From the IMG/VR virus record IMGVR_UViG_3300028833_000109, positions 32,350 through 96,349 of that record: a stretch of DNA of 64,000 bases, one strand, 5' to 3'. The position numbers and the translations under genes were made by a program. The stretch is from a virus. Taxonomy: Duplodnaviria; Caudoviricetes. Below, in pieces: positions 58,310 to 64,000 of the stretch (position 1 is the first letter of the stretch; every line of letters starts with the position of its first letter). The notes under the pieces were generated by a model. It worked only from the letters and a program-made list of their open reading frames with translations. It searched no databases and had not been told where the DNA came from.

Positions 58310-58695
58310 TGTTCACCTCCTTTCTCTATCAAGTCGGGGTTGTCGTGGATGTTGCCCACGACCTCCCAATGTTTAGGGTAACACAACGTCCTAAACCCAT
58401 CATTTGGGCAGAACTGATGTCCGTCATAAATCACATGGTAAGCCTTAACCATGTCTTTGTGACGAATGATGTCGCCCTCGTAGATTTCCTTTCCGTTCTT
58501 GTCATGCAAACCAGTGAACTGACCAAGCGTATTAAAGTCAACCGCTGTTGTGACCTTGGCTAATGTGTCGGGATAGACCCTATCGAAAGTGACGATATTC
58601 GCTGATTTGAACTTCTCCGTGTCAACCATAAGCGGGTATCCATATACCCATTCTCCATCGTACAGCCGTTTCCCTCTAAACCTAATCGTTCTCAT
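58306..58695 (-). CDS. YopX family protein
   Basis: IRFRGK..GEWVYG, GQFTGLHDKNGKEIYEGDI, EVVGNIHDNPDL. Confidence 0.9.
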   Translation of the reverse strand: MRTIRFRGKRLYDGEWVYGYPLMVDTEKFKSANIVTFDRVYPDTLAKVTTAVDFNTLGQFTGLHDKNGKEIYEGDIIRHKDMVKAYHVIYDGHQFCPNDGFRTLCYPKHWEVVGNIHDNPDLIEKGGEQ

Positions 58696-58982
58696 TCCTT
58701 GCCTCCTTTCTTTTGAAGTTCTGTCACCAAAGCATCGGCAACCTTAACTGAATGCCTTACAAGTCGCTCTATATCATTGTGGATATTGTATGCACCCTTA
58801 ACAATATCCATTGCTGCGATAGCCGCTTGGATGCGGACTTGGTTCCAGTCAACATCTACACGGAAATCAAGTTCATCTTTTGTGTAAACCTTAAAATCTC
58901 CTTCGGGAAATAATTGAGCGAACTCATCGCCATAAGGAACTACATCAATAAGTTTACCTGTCGCTTTAATCCTTGCTATCAT
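58692..58982 (-). CDS. hypothetical protein
   Basis: DW..RIQAAIAAM..ADALVTEL, a common Bacteroidales phage motif. Confidence 0.65.
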   Translation of the reverse strand: MIARIKATGKLIDVVPYGDEFAQLFPEGDFKVYTKDELDFRVDVDWNQVRIQAAIAAMDIVKGAYNIHNDIERLVRHSVKVADALVTELQKKGGKE

Positions 58983-59401
58983 AACTTTCTGGTTTTAAAG
59001 TACCACAAATGTTCAATCTCGGCATTGATGTAGAAATACTTGTTGTAATCCTCACTATTTGGATCAAGGTCAATACATTCGTAACACCAATGACCATCAC
59101 TCACTTTGTCAAAGTTTACCGCTTCAACAACCGCATCATGGCAATCCTCGTTGCAAATATGGTCTCCAACATTGAACTTAGGAGCAGCAGGTTCTTTCCA
59201 AAGGCACTCCATGCCAATACTAACCTCAAACACCAACCAACCGATAGTTAAATCGAAGTGCTTGCCGATAAGTGTTTCATCCCAATTACTGCGGTATCTT
59301 GGCGCAGTAAACAGGGTTAGTTTTGGAATGATATTGTAGTAGTTGTAGTCTTCCCAACCGTGAAAGGTCAGAGATGGGCTAAAATCAAATTTTATCTTCA
59401 T
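58979..59401 (-). CDS. hypothetical protein
   Basis: 140 aa with PKFNVGD motif. Confidence 0.55.
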   Translation of the reverse strand: MKIKFDFSPSLTFHGWEDYNYYNIIPKLTLFTAPRYRSNWDETLIGKHFDLTIGWLVFEVSIGMECLWKEPAAPKFNVGDHICNEDCHDAVVEAVNFDKVSDGHWCYECIDLDPNSEDYNKYFYINAEIEHLWYFKTRKL

Positions 59402-59403
59402 AT

Positions 59404-59506
59404 TTTGTAGTTTATAAAATAATTGTTATCTTTGCACTGACATAATTGAACTTTTGTCAGATATTTCTTTAAGACACTTGGCTTGAGCATTGCTCAAGCC
59501 TTTTTT
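59404..59506 (+). ncRNA. candidate ~65-nt small RNA with its promoter and terminator
   Basis: TTTG(59404)-N19-TATCTTTG(59427-59434), then GGCTTGAGC-ATT-GCTCAAGCC-T6 (59480-59506); no ATG-started ORF in between. Confidence 0.6.
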
Positions 59507-59747
59507 GTTGTAAGTCACTTGGAATTAAATCATGTACATATGCCCAATACTCAAAGAAATTAGGTTCAATCACATTACCACTCGTCATTGATTCAAACAT
59601 TCCATCTTCAGTGATTTTACACAAGTCCTCATGCCACCCATCATACCAGATTATACACAATGCAAATGTGTTCCACTTTGCGCCAGTTGTTGGGTCGATA
59701 TACATCTGCGGTATATCCGTACCTTCATGCCAAATCTTCTTATTCAT
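59469..59747 (-). CDS. hypothetical protein
   Basis: IWH..P...WAY..DLIP pattern. Confidence 0.55.
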   Translation of the reverse strand: MNKKIWHEGTDIPQMYIDPTTGAKWNTFALCIIWYDGWHEDLCKITEDGMFESMTSGNVIEPNFFEYWAYVHDLIPSDLQQKRLEQCSSQVS

Positions 59748-59905
59748 ATCTCAAGCCTTTTTGTGTCTTATTTGCGCACCTTGAAGTTGGTATTTCAGCC
59801 AATCCACTTGTTCCCAACTCATAAGAAAGTCACTTACTGTTCTGCCGTCTTCACTGAAATATAGATGCACACCTTGCTTACCTGATTTGATTGAAATATC
59901 CATAA

Positions 59906-60355
59906 TCAGTCCTCCTTGTTAGTTGTTTCACACGTTGGGTTAAAAGGTGGCTTGAACGGACTTTCCACAACAGGGTGTGTAAGCCTATAAAGTATTTCGC
60001 TTTTTTGATTATCAGTCAACTCACCCCAATTTATGTCTTCTGTCAGACAGTTCCTTATTTCTTTAAGCAACTTGATGACTAAACTGCTATCAGCCGACCA
60101 AAAGTTCTCAATGCTTTCGTTGTGTTCCAACAACTTCTTGAATGCAGGAATAAATCCGTCAATCCTGCCATTGGTCTTACCGACCTCTACCTTGATGCCA
60201 TACAATTGGCTGACCACATTGTCAAAGTGCGACCAAGTTGACTTGTGCTGTTCTGCAATGTGGTCAAGTTTCTTGACTGTTACAAGTACACCAAATGCAG
60301 TAATAATAGCACAGGCAGTAACCGCCAATAGTAGTATTGATTCAAATGTTGTCAT
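59906..60355 (-). CDS. hypothetical membrane-anchored protein
   Basis: N-terminal TM, 149 aa. Confidence 0.55.
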   Translation of the reverse strand: MTTFESILLLAVTACAIITAFGVLVTVKKLDHIAEQHKSTWSHFDNVVSQLYGIKVEVGKTNGRIDGFIPAFKKLLEHNESIENFWSADSSLVIKLLKEIRNCLTEDINWGELTDNQKSEILYRLTHPVVESPFKPPFNPTCETTNKED

Positions 60356-60357
60356 AA

Positions 60358-60792
60358 TCAGTCCTCCTTGTTTGTTATTTCATTAAATGCACAATACTTG
60401 TTGATGACGAACTGGTGATATTCTTCCATTGCCTTGCGCAACTGGCTTGCATCGGTTGTCAAGTGCTGTGCCGCCGTATACATTGCATCGGCAAGGCGTT
60501 TTAACTCCCCGTCAACGCGCTGCTGACCGAAATCCATCGCCATAAGCAACACGGTCTTGATGTCCAAGTGGCCACCAATGAAAATTCTCGCAAGCTGCGA
60601 TGCGTACTCCTCACTGTCGGTGATGTTCTTTAACTTGGCGGCTTCTTCAATGAAATCCCCGCCGTCCGCTAAACATTGTTTCCTCGCATCATTGACAAAT
60701 GCGTCAACGATAATTCGCCTGTCTTCGGACAAGTCAATGGCACAGATGATGTCCTCAAGGTGCTTTGCGTATTTTCTCCAGTCCATGATCAA
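60358..60792 (-). CDS. hypothetical protein
   Basis: 144-aa helical ORF. Confidence 0.55.
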   Translation of the reverse strand: MIMDWRKYAKHLEDIICAIDLSEDRRIIVDAFVNDARKQCLADGGDFIEEAAKLKNITDSEEYASQLARIFIGGHLDIKTVLLMAMDFGQQRVDGELKRLADAMYTAAQHLTTDASQLRKAMEEYHQFVINKYCAFNEITNKED

Positions 60793-60975
60793 AATAGTTT
60801 ATCGACATACTGCATCGCCTGTTGAGCGATATTCTTAGTCACCTTGCGGGCATACTTCCCGTCCTTAACGATGTTAAACTCCTCATCGTTTCCCTCAATC
60901 GGCACGACTTGGTATTCGTGGCCTTCGTACAAAAATTTCGTTATCATAAATCCGTTATTTAAAGTTCATAATTTG

Positions 60976-61096
60976 CGCTGGTGACAGGGGTTGAACCTGC
61001 GCTCCTCAAGTGTCCGTCCGAATGGACAGGCTTTAGCCGTCGGTCTGCCAACTGACAATCTCCTTATCGCAAGAGAGGTTTGACGGCTACACCAGC
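60976..61096 (-). ncRNA. atypical tRNA-like RNA (121 nt)
   Basis: acceptor GCTGGTG/CACCAGC; T-arm GCAGG-TTCAACC-CCTGT; D-like arm GTC-AGTTGGCA-GAC; anticodon-like arm GACGG-CT[AAA]GC-CTGTC; ~30-nt insert. Confidence 0.6.
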
Positions 61097-61179
61097 CTGC
61101 GTGGGTTTCACAACTGACGCAGTTGTTAACTACATTATTTATTAACTTTCAATTAAATTATGATGAAAAAACTTTTAGC

Positions 61180-62076
61180 TTACAATGCCAGTCGCAGACC
61201 GACATGGCCTGCCTTGAAGTCGGGTGCGCCCATGTAGCGATATGCGCAACGGCACTCCTTGACGGGGCGATGGTATGCGCCTCCACGATAGACACGCATT
61301 GAGCCGCTTGCAGGGCCAGTCGGGTCGGTGACGGGTTCGGAAGGATAAGGGTACTTGTACCAGTCCTGGCACCACTCAAATACATTGCCGCCCATGTCGT
61401 AGATGCCTAACTCGTTGGGAAGTTTCTGGGCAACTGGCTGCGTTTGGTCGTTGCTGTTGCTGACATACCAAATGTAATCCTTCGGGTTTCCAGCGGTCGG
61501 TGCAGCAACACCAGGGAATACATACCCCTTGCTCAGTGTGCCGCCCCTTGCAGCAAACTCCCACTCGGCCTCGGTGGGCAAGCGGAACTGACGGCCAGTG
61601 ATCTCGTTCAGCTTGGCGATGAACGCTTGGCACTCGATGTAGGACACATGCTCCACGGGCAAATCCTTGTTGCCCTTGTGACTGCTGGGGTTCACCCCCA
61701 TAACAGCAATCCACAAGGCTTGGGTGACTTGGGTCTCACCGATGTAGTACTCTTTGGTGAGTGTGACCTCATGCTGCGGTCGCTCGTTGGTACCAGAACC
61801 AGTCTCGTTGTTTGGCGACCCCATCGTGAATGTCCCCGGCTTGACGGCAATCATCTTGAACGATACCCCGTTGACAGTTGTCTTGCCGTCCCATGCGGGA
61901 GTGGGGTTGAGGGATGCGTCAATGGTGTCGGCAAGGTCTCCAATATCGACCCTTCCGTCCTTGTTTACATCGTACTCTGGTGACTTATCCCCTTTGAGGA
62001 GTGCGCCAGTCATCTCGTTGACATCGTGGTAGTCCACGGTGCCGTCTTTGTTTACGTCTGCATTAATTTCGCTCAT
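61180..62076 (-). CDS. dockerin-like repeats + FGE-sulfatase (CLec-fold) domain protein
   Basis: DVNKDG x2; FTMGS, E.P.H.V, EVT-like ETQVT, RLPTEAEWEFAARGG, PN..GIYDM.GNV.EW, RGG, GLRL. Confidence 0.85.
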   Translation of the reverse strand: MSEINADVNKDGTVDYHDVNEMTGALLKGDKSPEYDVNKDGRVDIGDLADTIDASLNPTPAWDGKTTVNGVSFKMIAVKPGTFTMGSPNNETGSGTNERPQHEVTLTKEYYIGETQVTQALWIAVMGVNPSSHKGNKDLPVEHVSYIECQAFIAKLNEITGRQFRLPTEAEWEFAARGGTLSKGYVFPGVAAPTAGNPKDYIWYVSNSNDQTQPVAQKLPNELGIYDMGGNVFEWCQDWYKYPYPSEPVTDPTGPASGSMRVYRGGAYHRPVKECRCAYRYMGAPDFKAGHVGLRLAL

Positions 62077-62242
62077 TGTTGTAGAAAATTTATGGTTAAC
62101 AACTAAATCCAAATTTCAATCTTGTCGGGTAGAAGTATGATGATGAGGCACAACACGATGATGGCCTTAAACCATTCTGGGCACCCATCGATTATACACA
62201 AGCACATTTCAAACTCGCAAAGTGTAATCCATAAAGGCTTGT

Positions 62243-62569
62243 TCATTGCTCGCCTTCTTTATTGACTGGCGGTTGAGGGAGCGGCATCCAGTGGGTTGGA
62301 TACAATACTGTTCCGCTTTGTCTATACCATATATCGTCTTCGACATCGTATGCGGATTCACACACCCTGTCATGCTTGTCACATACAAGAAACAATCCAC
62401 CATTCTCTTTCGGCAACCTCTCCTCAACGCTCACCCATGCGGGGGCAGTAATCTCGTCGTAGGTATCCGATAAGAACTTGACATCGAGTTCCCTGTCCAT
62501 CGAGGGGGAAGCGAACCAGTTCAGCATCGCCTCGATAAAGTGAAGTTTATTTGTTCTGCTCATAATCAA
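62243..62569 (-). CDS. DUF551-like protein
   Basis: WVSVEERLP...PTHWMPLPQPP. Confidence 0.75.
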   Translation of the reverse strand: MIMSRTNKLHFIEAMLNWFASPSMDRELDVKFLSDTYDEITAPAWVSVEERLPKENGGLFLVCDKHDRVCESAYDVEDDIWYRQSGTVLYPTHWMPLPQPPVNKEGEQ

Positions 62570-63687
62570 CCCTCCGCTTCTTGAACCTTACCGTCAACCA
62601 ACTTGTACCAAGTGTCAGTCTTGACGGTCTCACCGTCGACCTTGACGCACTGCATTCCGAGGATGTGCCAATCTTCATCACGCTCGGTCAAAACAAGCCA
62701 GCAGCCGATTGCGCCTTTGGCCTTGCTGTTACGCCCTGTCACGATTGCGACACTTTCATTGCCGATGACACTTGCTGACGAGTAGTTACCCGTGTTGCTT
62801 GCTGACGAGCAGTTACCCGTGTTGCTTGCTGACGAGCAGTTACCCGTGTTGCTTGCTGACGAGTAGTTACCCGTGTTGCTTGCTGACGAGTAGTCGCCCG
62901 TGTTGCTTGCTGACGAGCAGTTACCCGTGTTGCTTGCTGACGAGTAGTCGCCCGTGTTGCTTGCTGACGAGCAGTAACCCGTGTTGCTTGCTGACGAGCG
63001 GTTACCCGTGTTGCTTGCTGACGAGCGGTTACCCGTGTTGCTTGCTGACGAGCAGTTACCCGTGTTGCTTGCTGACGAGTAGTTACCCGTGTTGCTTGCT
63101 GACGAGTAGTCGCCCGTGTTGCTTGCTGACGAGCAGTAACCCGTGTTGCTTGCTGACGAGTAGTTACCCGTGTTGCTTGCTGACGAGCGGTTACCCGTGT
63201 TGCTTGCTGACGAGCGGTTACCCGTGTTGCTTGCTGACGAGTAGTTACCCGTGTTGCTTGCTGACGAGCAGTTACCCGTGTTGCTTGCTGACGAGCAGTA
63301 ACCCGTGTTGTGGGATTTATGCTCATCATCGTCAATCAGGTGACGCTTTACCCATTCGATATGAGCCTTGACAAGTCCAGGTATTCCGATTTCAGCACCA
63401 ATCGTCAACTCGCTACCGACTATCTTCTCATCGGTGCAGTCGGTCTCTCCACCGATTTCCACCTCGCAGTATCTTGCGGGGTTTCCGTTTTCGTCGCATG
63501 GCGGGTAATAGCCGAACACTCGAAGCGGTGTTTCGTCGGGTGCGATGGCATGGAAGCCGTTACCGCACATCTTGATTTTCTCGCCTTTGGGCAGGGTGTA
63601 AGTCTTGCCGATTTCGTACTGCATACCACGGCATTTGAGTTCGTGGTCGAAGCCCTTGATGGTTTTGATTTTTTCGCTCATAATCAC
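62566..63687 (-). CDS. phage protein with SSASNTG nonapeptide repeats (beta-solenoid-like)
   Basis: KGF..LKCRG.QYEIGKTY..C..GFH N-terminus; 20 repeats; AKG.IG.WLVL.E..VDG..K.DTWY.L C-terminus. Confidence 0.8.
   Translation of the reverse strand: MIMSEKIKTIKGFDHELKCRGMQYEIGKTYTLPKGEKIKMCGNGFHAIAPDETPLRVFGYYPPCDENGNPARYCEVEIGGETDCTDEKIVGSELTIGAEIGIPGLVKAHIEWVKRHLIDDDEHKSHNTGYCSSASNTGNCSSASNTGNYSSASNTGNRSSASNTGNRSSASNTGNYSSASNTGYCSSASNTGDYSSASNTGNYSSASNTGNCSSASNTGNRSSASNTGNRSSASNTGYCSSASNTGDYSSASNTGNCSSASNTGDYSSASNTGNYSSASNTGNCSSASNTGNCSSASNTGNYSSASVIGNESVAIVTGRNSKAKGAIGCWLVLTERDEDWHILGMQCVKVDGETVKTDTWYKLVDGKVQEAEG
62770..63309 (-). repeat. 20 x 27-bp coding tandem repeat
   Basis: unit AAC ACG GG(T/C) (A/T/G)AC (TGC/TAC/CGC) TCG TCA GCA AGC. 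Confidence 0.95.
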
Positions 63688-64000
63688 ATCAGTTTGTCAA
63701 TCAATGCCGTCACATCGGCGATGGTCACCTCGCCGTCACCATTCACATCACCTGCCTCCCTGCCGAGGCAGATTACGGACTCGCTATCTACCTCGCAGAT
63801 GCCGTCCACGCACTCCTCATACTCCCTTGAGTCGGGGCCAGAGGCGAGATAGCCAGCGAGCCTAATCGAGCCACCCACGAAGCCATGCTCGACCTTGACC
63901 TTGAGGATTGCCATTTCAAGGCCAATGCCTGCCTGCCACTTGACGCTTCCGTATGGTGTGCCATCGGACTCATAGCCGAGTTCCATCAGCTTACACCTGC
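63684..64000 (-). CDS. protein with C-terminal dockerin-like motif (5' end outside the window)
   Basis: ends GDVNGDGEVTIADVTALIDKLM; frame is open to the window edge. Confidence 0.6.
   Translation of the reverse strand, partial: RCKLMELGYESDGTPYGSVKWQAGIGLEMAILKVKVEHGFVGGSIRLAGYLASGPDSREYEECVDGICEVDSESVICLGREAGDVNGDGEVTIADVTALIDKLM

Noticed and set aside
61180-61300. Complete diversity-generating retroelement
   Set aside because: No reverse transcriptase or template repeat recognised in the window
62770-63309. CRISPR array
   Set aside because: Repeats abut with no unique spacers and lie in frame in a protein gene; no cas genes
62770-63309. DGR-type adenine mutagenesis generating the repeat variants
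   Set aside because: The other adenines in each unit are invariant and only five variants recur, which fits duplication better
1-64000. Alternative genetic code (stop-codon reassignment)
   Set aside because: Long core genes (TMP, tail, TerL) are intact in the standard code
1-64000. Prophage boundary or host genes
   Set aside because: No integrase, att site or housekeeping genes recognised; the whole window appears phage

Overview
The whole window is part of a tailed dsDNA phage genome (siphovirus-like) infecting a Bacteroidota host. The host call rests on repeated Bacteroidota TAnnTTTG promoters, A-rich SD-less start regions and dockerin-like motifs. Layout: (i) 1-8.5 kb is a leftward array of about 18 short unrelated ORFs. 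Almost every one is preceded by a ~70-nt spacer holding a G.U-rich hairpin and a shared TTAACCAAT..ATTATG motif. (ii) 8.5-11.8 kb is a largely non-coding control region (structured leader, promoters, operators, strand-skew switch, iteron-like repeats) and is a candidate origin or genome end. (iii) 11.8-15.3 kb holds a D5-like primase/helicase, dUTPase and small genes. (iv) 15.3-24 kb is an inverted packaging module: TerL with an Ala1 intein, portal, HNH endonuclease, two DNA methyltransferases with poly-G/C tracts (one frameshifted), a MuF-like protein and a possible TerS. (v) 24-30 kb has head, connector and tail genes. (vi) 30.2-33.4 kb is a self-promoted 7-gene module of unknown function. 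(vii) 33.5-57.3 kb has tape measure, tail tip, four receptor-binding/depolymerase-like genes and the lysis cassette. (viii) 57.4-64 kb has leftward accessory genes, including YopX, a dockerin+FGE-sulfatase-fold protein and a 27-bp-repeat protein, plus a candidate sRNA and an atypical 121-nt tRNA-like RNA. All product calls come from motif recognition by eye, with no database search.
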